The notes below the pieces were generated by a model. It made no database searches. It was given only the letters and a program-made list of their open reading frames with translations, and had not been told where the DNA came from. DNA of 64,000 nucleotides from Oculina patagonica. Lineage: Eukaryota. Where the stretch lies: the NCBI RefSeq assembly GCF_052425735.1, contig NC_135761.1:496001-560000 (forward strand), in the 5' to 3' direction. This document shows, one piece after another, positions 25,983 to 34,864 of the stretch; position 1 is the first letter of the stretch; every line of letters begins with the position of its first letter. The translations under genes were made by a program, and so were the position numbers.

Positions 25983-27024
25983 GTATCATGACCATGATTT
26001 TATTCCCAGAGGGAAACTGTTTCAGATATACTATTGAAGGGACTGTTTTGCAAACCAATTAAAGCTACATGAGTTGTTCTGTCTTATTCAGAATCACTCA
26101 GTGCTTACCTCGTTCTTGTGTTTTTCTGTCAAAGCAGCACAGTTCTCGTCAATCTTCAATAAACAATCTCTCTGCATTTGTTGTAATTTTTCCTTTGCCT
26201 CATTTGCAATCTGATGCAGCTCTTGACACTTGGACAAATCACTCTGAGGACAGAAATTAGGCAAACATTATAACAATGTTAACAATTTCAAAGATCCCTT
26301 TCACTTATATTAGAGCTTTAATTGTTGTAAATCAACTACAGGGTGCAAAGAAATTCAATTTTCCAGCTTGCCCTTGGTCAAGCTGTAGCCAGGAGGTACT
26401 AGCCCGAAAGTCATTTTTACTATCCACAAAAAATTCTCATTAGCATGATCTTAATGATGCTTCACTTGCCCATTGGGAAAATGAAGAGTTAAGTCCACTT
26501 GCCCAACTGCAAAATCCACTAGCCCCAGGCTTGCAGACACTAACTTCTTTGCACGCTCCCAACCATGCTACATGTAGATCCAAACACTTCTCACCATATC
26601 TGTAGCATAAATTCAGTCTCAGAAATGAACATGCAGCTGTGATAGAACAGATGAATGCAACCAAGGTAAATCACCCATGACACAAACTACAAACCAAAAT
26701 GCAATCATTTGATTTCTTGTAGCTTGGAGTTAAGTTGATGCTATTCAGCTAATCATAATTGTCACTTTTTAGATTATTAAAAAAAGTGGAAGGAAAGATT
26801 CTCTTTTGATTAGATTTTACAAAAAAGCAATAAAATTAAAAAAAAAAATAGTACAGTTTTAGAGAATTCTTGATTGAGAAAACAACCTTTACTCACAGTT
26901 GGTTTCTCCCTTTATATTCAAGATTATTTAAGCCTGTTTGTAATACTCTCTTAAATTAAGACTCTTGTCATATCAACAGTTTTGTGTTTTTTGGCACAGA
27001 GTAGTGCTGATTGTGCTGAATTAG

Positions 27025-27245
27025 CCGGGTTTTAATTTATTCAAAATGGCCGCCCCATACAAACCTTTGTAAAATGTGAGAAGTGAACGTGAGGTGTTAA
27101 GGAGGTGTCAAAAATCGAAAATGAGGTGCACATACCCGGGTTTTAATTTATTCAAAATGGCCGCCCCATACAAACCCTTGTAAAATGTGAGAAGTGAACG
27201 TGAGGTGCTAAGGAGGAGCCTAAAAACGAAAATGAGGTGCACAGT
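27025..27245. repeat. Subterminal 111-bp direct repeat (x2) of the Polinton, followed by shorter gaggtgcacagttcatgt repeats and a (GCC)n tract at about 27405-27460
   Basis: ccgggttttaatttattcaaaatggccgccccatac... starts at 27025 and 27136. Confidence 0.85.
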
Positions 27246-27557
27246 TCATGTCATGTGAATAGGGTAATTTGATTTGTTTGAAATGGACTGTTAATTTTTC
27301 GTCATGACTTGCCACAAAAGCATTTTTTGAGGTGCACAGTTCATGTGAATAGAGTAAAATGATTTTTTGATTCCCACAAAAGCATTTTTTGGCAGCCGTG
27401 CACAGCGCGGCTGCTGCTGCCACCCGCCGCCGCCGCCCGCCGCTCGCCGCCGCCGCGTGCGGCTAGGTATGTTCGCATTGGCAAAAACCACCACAAGACC
27501 ATTTTCAAGTGTTAAAAATACATTTTATTCATTAACAAACAAAGTTTTCTTTTTTTT

Positions 27558-27632
27558 TTATAAACAAAGTTCAGTCTCCCAATCTTCATCCGGTGTGACT
27601 GTCCATTGCCAAAACGCCTGACATTCCACCAT
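27558..27632 (-). CDS. Candidate 24-aa micro-ORF MVECQAFWQWTVTPDEDWETELCL of the Polinton
   Basis: gccATGG context, TATAAAAG about 45 nt upstream, AATAAA at 27524-27529 downstream. Confidence 0.35.
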   Translation of the reverse strand: MVECQAFWQWTVTPDEDWETELCL

Positions 27633-27710
27633 GGCACAGTGTCCCAACGCTTGTACTTTGTGCTGTCCGCAGCCTTTTATACTTTTTTGACAATGACTCG
27701 TTTACAAAAT

Positions 27711-28487
27711 TCACTCTTGAATCCAATTGCGAGGTTTCTGCCAAACACGGGGCTTAGAATAACCTTTTCCTCGCTGTCTAGGGTAGAGGTTTATGAGTTG
27801 TTGATACAATTTGTTGCGCCGACGTAGCGAATCTTCTCGAGCTTGGACGCGTTTCCTGTGCTCCTCTTCCTTGCCCATGATGAGTTGATTCAACCAAAAG
27901 GGTGGATCCGAATGGTTCAAAAACTCGTCTTGCTCCTTGATGGTTTGCACGTTGCCCTCCACGATCTGCCAATTTCGGTCGGCTTTCTTGATTTTTTGCT
28001 CGTCGCCCGTGCGGAGGGCTTGCTCCATCTCTTGTTTGGCCTGTTGCCTATACCATTCAAGATCCTTGTCCAATTTGTCGTAGTGGTCAAGCACTTCCTG
28101 GGGCGACCGGAGGTTGGCGTACCACATCGCAGGGATGATTTTTGATTTTTCTTCTTTCTCTGGAGGAGGACCTGCTAATTTTTTCGGTGGGGCAATCCGT
28201 TTTAGGCTGTTGGGTTGAAGTCGTTGCAGTTGACGTTGTAGGTGAAAGTAATGGCTGCTGTCGACACCATCCCCTGGCAGGGATGCAGGCACGGCTTGTC
28301 CTTCGACCTGTTTCATGTCGTTCATGAGTTTCCTCATGCGATCCACGTGAGGGGCATTGACCAATCGATCCACCACCAAGCGTCGTTGCCAAAATTGATC
28401 CATGTTGTCTTGGGCGACCTGACCTCCTGTTTGATCGCTTGAGGGTTTAGGGATCAAGATCATCTCTTGGGCATATTTTTCGCTCAT
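27711..28487 (-). CDS. Polinton orphan protein, 258 aa, helical and charged
   Basis: Long ORF co-oriented with the module; ATGA overlap with the upstream stop codon; no motif recognised. Confidence 0.75.
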   Translation of the reverse strand: MSEKYAQEMILIPKPSSDQTGGQVAQDNMDQFWQRRLVVDRLVNAPHVDRMRKLMNDMKQVEGQAVPASLPGDGVDSSHYFHLQRQLQRLQPNSLKRIAPPKKLAGPPPEKEEKSKIIPAMWYANLRSPQEVLDHYDKLDKDLEWYRQQAKQEMEQALRTGDEQKIKKADRNWQIVEGNVQTIKEQDEFLNHSDPPFWLNQLIMGKEEEHRKRVQAREDSLRRRNKLYQQLINLYPRQRGKGYSKPRVWQKPRNWIQE

Positions 28488-29065
28488 GTTTCCAAAGCTT
28501 TCAAACCAGCCCGCAGAAACGGGAGAAGGCGTGCTCCCAAGGCAAGTAAGAGGGCTCGCCGTTCGTACAAAGGTGTGGTTAGTCCACTCAAACGTCTTAT
28601 CTCTCTTATATGCTTTTTCAAGGGAAGCTTGATCTGGGGCGGTATGGTGATCACACCATCGTACAAGTTGCGTGTCACGTCGGTCAGGGCACGTAGTTGG
28701 TCATTACTGGCTTCGTGAATTTCTCGTCGCCATGTGGCACCATCCCCACTGACCAAGTTGAGTAGAAAAGGTTGGTGAGCTGCCACGCGCCACGCACCAC
28801 TGCCCGTTTGGTTCTTCTTTTTTGATGTCCCCACTCCGCCTAGCAGAGCACCCAGACCTGCCAAAGGTAGTAAGCCGGCAGCCAACAATCCCTTGGTACC
28901 CATTTTACGTTTGAGTTTTCCGTAGGCACTTCCTACTTTGTTACCCGAGGAACGGGCTTTAGCAGGACGTGTAAACCCTCGATTAGCTCGCTTGACTGCT
29001 ACCGAGGAAGTGGAAAAGTAACGATTGGTGGGAGTACGTCGCCAGGCTTGTAACGGAGGTGCCAT
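28484..29065 (-). CDS. Polinton basic virion-core-like protein, 193 aa, with a hydrophobic Gly/Leu/Ala segment and a C-terminal helical domain resembling conserved small Polinton proteins
   Basis: accATGG start. KKKNQTGSG motif. C-terminal ASNDQLRALTDVTRNLYDGVITIP...LKKHIREIRRL...RRALL pattern. Confidence 0.75.
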   Translation of the reverse strand: MAPPLQAWRRTPTNRYFSTSSVAVKRANRGFTRPAKARSSGNKVGSAYGKLKRKMGTKGLLAAGLLPLAGLGALLGGVGTSKKKNQTGSGAWRVAAHQPFLLNLVSGDGATWRREIHEASNDQLRALTDVTRNLYDGVITIPPQIKLPLKKHIREIRRLSGLTTPLYERRALLLALGARLLPFLRAGLKALET

Positions 29066-29117
29066 GGTTCAATAATAAACCTTCCAGATGCAGCTTCTTT
29101 ATATCCTTTTTTCTTTC

Positions 29118-29504
29118 TCACTGCTGTAGACCAGTTAGCAATGGTTTGAGCACCAACGGAGCTAAGGCCATGCCTGCCATTGCAGCCAGAGGTCCCAATC
29201 CTCCCTGTTGTGATTTTTGTTTACAGCCTTTCATTTTCTTCCTGATTCCTCCACCTTTCTGTTTGGATCGTGGGATGCGAAGATAAGTGGATGGTGGTAA
29301 ATGATTAGGCAAACCAATCATCTGCGAGTTGCCCGGTAAACTAAACTTTCCACCCGCTTGACCCGTCAAGCCTGGTACCATGCTGTTCAACACATTGCTA
29401 GCCATGTCGGTCACGATGGGGGCCAACGAGAACATGGCTAGTTGCTGAGCAAAGGGGCCGAGCCCTCCTTCCTGACGTCGACGTTTTCGTCTTACAGCTG
29501 GCAT
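29118..29504 (-). CDS. Polinton basic protein, 128 aa, with four Q-x-G-G motifs and two GGLGPxA..LAP amphipathic segments
   Basis: RRKRRRQEGG, QAGG, QKGGG and QQGG motifs; TATAAAAG upstream. Confidence 0.75.
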   Translation of the reverse strand: MPAVRRKRRRQEGGLGPFAQQLAMFSLAPIVTDMASNVLNSMVPGLTGQAGGKFSLPGNSQMIGLPNHLPPSTYLRIPRSKQKGGGIRKKMKGCKQKSQQGGLGPLAAMAGMALAPLVLKPLLTGLQQ

Positions 29505-29539
29505 CGTTGTGTTCTAAACTCGACACGCGACTCGGACTT

Positions 29540-30046
29540 TTATACCTTTTGCGACAAGAGCGTTCCCAACAAGGCTGTCGGTACTGCTGCCAACACGCCT
29601 CCTAGTGCTGCTGCTGTCCCGAGTTTGCCCGTTAAGGTGGTGGGGGTCAGTGTACGATGCACATTCCACATGGCTCTGTTGACACCTCGAGCCAGTTGTT
29701 GCGATCTCGTATTGGCCAAGGCTCTAGAAGCTGCTCTTCGTCTTTGAGGATTGGTAGGATGACGAGCGCGGATGGCTCTCTGCATCTGAGCAATGCGTGA
29801 CGGTGATGGTCGAGGTCCGGGGTAGATGCCCCCCTTCTGTCCTCGCTTTCGTCTTCGTTTGGTTGAAAAAACGCTGCGTCGTCCAGTGGTCGCCTCACTG
29901 GCATCTTGAATGCGAACGTCGTACTCGTCGCCTCGTAGGACGTAGTGAGTGCCTGGCATCCCGGCACCCCAAGGTGCTTGTAAAGAGCGAGGAGGACGTC
30001 GAAATGCGGAACGTCGAAAGGTGGGTAACACGAGAGAATTCATTCC
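29540..30046 (-). CDS. Polinton Arg-rich core-like protein (about 168 aa from ATG 30046)
   Basis: Very basic, with KRRRKRGQKGG and a hydrophobic Ala/Leu/Gly C-terminus; the first ATG follows a GATAAAAAG box. Confidence 0.7.
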   Translation of the reverse strand, partial: GMNSLVLPTFRRSAFRRPPRSLQAPWGAGMPGTHYVLRGDEYDVRIQDASEATTGRRSVFSTKRRRKRGQKGGIYPGPRPSPSRIAQMQRAIRARHPTNPQRRRAASRALANTRSQQLARGVNRAMWNVHRTLTPTTLTGKLGTAAALGGVLAAVPTALLGTLLSQKV

Positions 30047-30761
30047 TTTTCTGGTCCTGTGTGGCTGTGACACTCGGCTTTTTATCTTTTTTTTCTAGCG
30101 GTTGTAGCACGGTGATAGGGTCAGCTTCATCTAGCAAAATGTGGGTGCGAAACCTCAATGCTTCGTCAGTCCTGGGATGATGGTCAACCACCAGATACCC
30201 AAACGGTTTTTGGGTAGCTTTTTGGTACAGTTGCCAAAAGGCTTTGCTATCCCCCAACCAGCGATCACCCAAGGCTTTGACGTATCTGGTATCGGCCGGG
30301 TTCTTGAAAAGGACTGTGTAATGGTAGTTGCGGTTTTGAGTGGCTTGTTCCCGTCCACCTGGATACAGATTTTGCGACAGCGTGATGGCAAACAAGTCTA
30401 GATGATGAGTACCCCGCGTTAACAACTGGGTGACTTGTGGGGACTTGGCAGATTCTTGCATCAAATCATCCAGGATCAACATGCCGGGTCGCTGCGTGGG
30501 AGGAAAGAGTTCTGAGATATCCTCGGGTAGACCTTGGTGAAAGTCCACTCCCAAGGCTTGGAAATGGTCAAAAATGGGTTGCCAGGTCGAGCCATGGCAG
30601 TACACGATTTTTTGGAAGTAGCACGGGCTACCATCTGCGAGTCGAAAATAGACCGGGGCATTGTGTACCAAGCGGTACAGCCAAGTCGTTTTCCCACTCA
30701 ACGAGGGACCCACAATCTGCATGTTGCCCGGAACCCGAAATCGCGGATCGTACGTCGACAT
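29895..30761 (-). CDS. A32/FtsK-like DNA packaging ATPase (likely start MSTYDPRF; C-terminus possibly extended by a homopolymer frameshift)
   Basis: Walker A GPSLSGKTT, Walker B LILDDL, TRGTHHLDLFAITLSQN, FKNPAD, and PFGYLVVD..P.T...LRFRT motifs typical of Polinton ATPases. Confidence 0.92.
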   Translation of the reverse strand: MSTYDPRFRVPGNMQIVGPSLSGKTTWLYRLVHNAPVYFRLADGSPCYFQKIVYCHGSTWQPIFDHFQALGVDFHQGLPEDISELFPPTQRPGMLILDDLMQESAKSPQVTQLLTRGTHHLDLFAITLSQNLYPGGREQATQNRNYHYTVLFKNPADTRYVKALGDRWLGDSKAFWQLYQKATQKPFGYLVVDHHPRTDEALRFRTHILLDEADPITVLQPLEKKDKKPSVTATQDQKRNEFSRVTHLSTFRISTSSSLFTSTLGCRDARHSLRPTRRRVRRSHSRCQ

Positions 30762-30802
30762 GATGAACACACACACACACACACACACTTTTTTTCAACA
30801 GT

Positions 30803-31375
30803 TTAATTTATAGCTTTTGTAACAGGTTTACAACAGTCATAACAACGATGCCTTTGACGTTCAATACAAATCTGACTATGTCCATGTGCATCAAACAAGT
30901 GTCCACCTCTGTGCTTTTCAGATGACAACGAAGGAAATAGGTCATGCATCCGTTGCACGACGGCCGTGTCATTGTAAAGTAAGTTGGTGGGTGAAAAATA
31001 CTGCACAATCGTTCTCAAAGGCGTGCCGCGGCATCGATGGTAAAGGTAGTACAAAGTGTGATCTCCGCACACATCAGTGGTCCATTGCTGAATGGGACGA
31101 GGTGTTTGTTCAAAGTCATCAAAGCAACGCCAACGGGTATCATATCTGTTGGGTGTGATGGCATAACTGTCAAAGAATTCACCGTGACCAGGTGCCCACC
31201 AAAAGAGACCGACCCAATGCTGTCCAGGCAAGTCGATGGGATCTGTATTGGCAATAGCACATTGCGGATAGGGCGCTTGACAAGGCACTTCGTCGGCACC
31301 GTACACGTCTGTGAAAAACTCCCGAATGACGGGATCGCACTGGCACGCTCTTCTTAAGGACTCTGTATCATGCAT
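30803..31375 (-). CDS. Adenain-like (Ulp1-fold) cysteine maturation protease
   Basis: NTDP...PGQHWV (His), FFDSY (Asp), IQQWTTDVCG (Gln/Cys); catalytic residues intact; first ATG 2 nt after the capsid stop. Confidence 0.92.
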   Translation of the reverse strand: MHDTESLRRACQCDPVIREFFTDVYGADEVPCQAPYPQCAIANTDPIDLPGQHWVGLFWWAPGHGEFFDSYAITPNRYDTRWRCFDDFEQTPRPIQQWTTDVCGDHTLYYLYHRCRGTPLRTIVQYFSPTNLLYNDTAVVQRMHDLFPSLSSEKHRGGHLFDAHGHSQICIERQRHRCYDCCKPVTKAIN

Positions 31376-31377
31376 TC

Positions 31378-32146
31378 TCACACGTCTCCCAAGGGAATTG
31401 GGCCTTGCACTGTACCACGATTGTCGACTTGCAGCAGACTTTCATCTGTATTATAGAAAAACAGAGCTTGGAGGGTAGGATTTCCACTACTGAAGGTCAG
31501 TCGAACATTGACCAGCATACGTAACAACGGGGTGCTGGATTCTCCTCCATCTTGGACTGCTGTCAGATCAAAGGGGACCATAAAGTAACCTCGGTCAAAG
31601 GTGTCTGGATTCAGCAGGTAAGCATCTCGTTTGCGTTTGCCCGAGGCATTCATCAGCAAATCGAAGATTTCGTACTTATCTTGCAGAGATAAGCTGGCTT
31701 TGGGAACGGGTACGCCGTTGGCGGTGCATTCCACTTGGATTCCATTCTGGGGAGTGAAATCGAATGGATTCTTTCCAAAGTGTCCTTGATAACGTTCGTC
31801 ATCCACCAACACCAACCAAAACAACCGGGGCGATCGTCCTCGGAAGACGTCGTTGATGTCTAGTTGCGTTTGATTGGCTGTCAACTGATAGTTGTCACAA
31901 CGCATCCGTCGGAAGGGGAAGGTCATCGGGTTGACGACAGTGGTCTTCTCCACTTGTTCCTCCATGTACTGCATGATGTCTTTCACGGGTACGCGGTAGA
32001 ACACGCGTACAAAGGATTTGTTCACCATCACTTCAAAGGACACTTTGTCAGAGGAGGTGGCTGCAGTTCCATCACCGTTGTCTTTGTACTTCTTGGCCAT
32101 CAGGGCAAACTCGGGGTTGTTGAATTCAATGTCAAACTGAATTAGC
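31378..32146 (-). CDS. Double jelly-roll major capsid protein, C-terminal part (5' end lost in the gap)
   Basis: Frame open to the gap (LIQFDIEFNNPEFALMAK...). FPFRR, DVFRGRSPR, G.FGKNPFDF, NGVPVP, FDRGYFMVPFDLT and VRLTF patterns match Polinton capsid proteins. Confidence 0.85.
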
Positions 32147-32646
32147 NNNNNNNNNNNNNNNNNNNNNNNNNNNNNNNNNNNNNNNNNNNNNNNNNNNNNN
32201 NNNNNNNNNNNNNNNNNNNNNNNNNNNNNNNNNNNNNNNNNNNNNNNNNNNNNNNNNNNNNNNNNNNNNNNNNNNNNNNNNNNNNNNNNNNNNNNNNNNN
32301 NNNNNNNNNNNNNNNNNNNNNNNNNNNNNNNNNNNNNNNNNNNNNNNNNNNNNNNNNNNNNNNNNNNNNNNNNNNNNNNNNNNNNNNNNNNNNNNNNNNN
32401 NNNNNNNNNNNNNNNNNNNNNNNNNNNNNNNNNNNNNNNNNNNNNNNNNNNNNNNNNNNNNNNNNNNNNNNNNNNNNNNNNNNNNNNNNNNNNNNNNNNN
32501 NNNNNNNNNNNNNNNNNNNNNNNNNNNNNNNNNNNNNNNNNNNNNNNNNNNNNNNNNNNNNNNNNNNNNNNNNNNNNNNNNNNNNNNNNNNNNNNNNNNN
32601 NNNNNNNNNNNNNNNNNNNNNNNNNNNNNNNNNNNNNNNNNNNNNN
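32147..32646. other. Assembly gap (exactly 500 N, probably a placeholder length)
   Basis: Run of N. Confidence 0.99.
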
Positions 32647-33250
32647 GCTAATTCAGCACAATCAGCACTACTCACAGCACAGTGTAAACAAGGTGTCAAT
32701 CCCAGTCACTCTTGAGACAATCTACTAATCTACTAAATTAAACATTGGTAAACAAATTCAGCAAACTGGTAAATGAAAAATGCTAATGAGTGACAAAGTG
32801 CTGCAGTCAATGTTAAAAAAATTTAATAAGTTCATGAGTTTACATGAGAATTGGCATGAACTTGAGGATTGCAGGGCTGTAGCTGCTTTGAGGAAAACCA
32901 AACTGAAAGCACTTAAATATTTCTTTTTGTTTTTTTGAAGGGGAAAGTAAATACCTAGGAAGGGAATTTAAACAAGGACCTTGCCTCAGTCATATTTTTT
33001 TCTGGCTTTGGCCCTGGATTGTAGAATAACCAAATCTTAGTAAGAATAACTGGAACAGAAATTTTATCATCTGTCCTTTTTTGCACAAATGGGACGTAAA
33101 AGACCATAAGGGATGTTCAGTAATTTACATTTCCAAAATTGGTTGAAAATAAAAAACCAAGAGTGATTGTTTTTAATTAAATACCAAATCTGAGTCAAAG
33201 AGTCTAGGTGTTGATGCTAAAAAAACTGATCCCGAGGTTATGAGTATACA

Positions 33251-34864
33251 CACCCTGGGCTGCAACAGAGCCTCTTTTGACTTTCCTACGGTTGAGATTT
33301 GGAAAGTTAAAAGAGACTCTGCATAAATATTGTCATTTCTTTAAAGTTGCCGCAGCCCCAAAGTTTGGTCTACACTGGTTTTTGCTGCACGGCATTAATT
33401 TTTTGGAAAAACTGACGGCGAAGATGGAGCCCACAGTACGTTGCTAAAAGCACTAGAGCTGACGATCTCTCTCGCCATCTGCAACCGTTTGTGCATGTGC
33501 AGCTTGTGGATCATTTAAGATCTCATTTTTTTTGCAAACCAAGAAGAAATTTCCATTTAAAATTGCACATCTCTACCATAAAGTCACTAATACGACCTCA
33601 AGCAGTGCTTGACATGTTTTTTTTTTTCAAGGAATTCAGATGCTCTTTGAAGAAAAAAACTTGTAACACAAACACATTGTTCATGCTGTCACGTGTATTC
33701 CATCATGCCACTAAGTGTTCCTCGCGCAAGCTAAACGCGCAAGCATCGCGTAAACCTCGCGCATGCTCACCATAGATTTGATGCCATTCTTGCTGAGCCC
33801 TTTCCTCTCAAGTATATCAGTAGGGGTGGTGCATGGTCCTTCAAAAAATGCGCGTCTCGCAAAATTTTTGCCAAATTTCAGGGATCTCATCGTCTCGACA
33901 GGGCTTCTGATAATTCGCGGGAAAAAAGTGAAATTTCACGGGATTCGAAGAGACAAATTCGCGGAGAAAACGGCCAATTTCGCGGGATTTTCGCGGAAAT
34001 TTTCGGGGCAAATTTTTTTTTTTTCTTGTTGACAAGCCAACAAGAAAGAAAAAAAGGAAGATTCCTGACAAAAATATTAGAAGGATGTCAAATTCAGGGC
34101 AAGAAAAAAGACACAAAAATTCATCCAACACAATTCTGAAGGCAGAAATGAAATGCTTGGCCGGTTAACCTCCTTTTTCAGCTGCAATTCAGAGCCGAAA
34201 ACCGTAATGCAATAAACTTATTTTCTCCACATCGCTCCCTTGTGTTGCTTTGCAGTTTCCAAGGTAAGATTGCTCTAGATCAAAGGCTTAAATCCATCTG
34301 TGAAGTCAAAACATTCTTGTGTCTTCATTTGTGTACGATTAAACGTGTGCCTGCATTACTACAGACAGCAGTTTGCTTTCACTTCGTGTAGTGTCAACGA
34401 AAAGTCTTCTTTGCCACCAGTCCCCAGGTTTTCGCAACATCAATCTAAGAACGCCTGGTAGTTTGGTACGATGTTTACTCGTGGCCTTGATGAAATTTCA
34501 AGATAAATTTGCACGTTTATGGCAAAGTAAACAGCTCCAACAGCCAAGATAAGTTTCAAATATGTTGAACTGACTTGTATTTGGTCGAATTTCTAGCGAA
34601 TTTAGCGGTATTTCACATGTTTTTGTCAATTCCGCGGGATTTTGCAGATATACCTGAATTTCGCGGCTCCGCGACCGCGCGAAATTTCAGAAGCCCTGTC
34701 TCGAATGTTTTTGACGACTTCTGGGAGTCTCGATGTCTTTTGCAAGGTTAAAAATGTCTCCGGCTCGCAGAAAAGATATCAGTCTCGTCGTCTCGCAAAG
34801 TCTCGTATTTACCATATTTCGACACCCCTATCAGTGGAAAAGAAAGGGCTCTGCTCGCAGGGTG
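33251..34864. mobile_element. Triple-nested MITEs: outer caccctg...cagggtg, middle AGGGGT family (33822-34829), inner cagggcttctga element (33899-34698, TSD tctcga)
   Basis: Three concentric TIR pairs; inner and middle elements have flanking direct repeats. Confidence 0.72.

Larger units (their letters stand above)
27000..32672 (-). mobile_element. Polinton/Maverick (adintovirus-like) endogenous element, interrupted by a 500-N gap (32147-32646)
   Basis: Perfect 26-bp visible TIR agtagtgctgattgtgctgaattagc (27000-27025 / 32647-32672). 5-bp TSD cacag (26995-99 / 32673-77). Empty site at 14131. Visibly GC-richer, intronless, tightly packed capsid, protease and ATPase genes. Confidence 0.93.

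Noticed and set aside
30767-30788. MCVCVCVFI N-terminal extension of the ATPase
   Set aside because: It is a (TG)n microsatellite read from a GTG start; the first ATG at 30761 fits better
27778-31357. Many alternative-frame and plus-strand ORFs inside the Polinton
   Set aside because: Expected shadows of GC-richer coding sequence; no motifs or promoter signals
27000-32146. Viral or bacterial contamination, or a chimeric join
   Set aside because: Both termini are contiguous with host intron sequence, and a TSD plus a matching empty site are present
25981-32680. Whole duplication being a haplotig join at the gap
   Set aside because: The duplication junction (25982/25987) lies in contiguous sequence 6 kb from the gap, and host sequence is colinear across the element. 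Read depth is still needed to exclude it fully.
32142-32699. 185-aa ORF in the track
   Set aside because: Almost entirely N-gap
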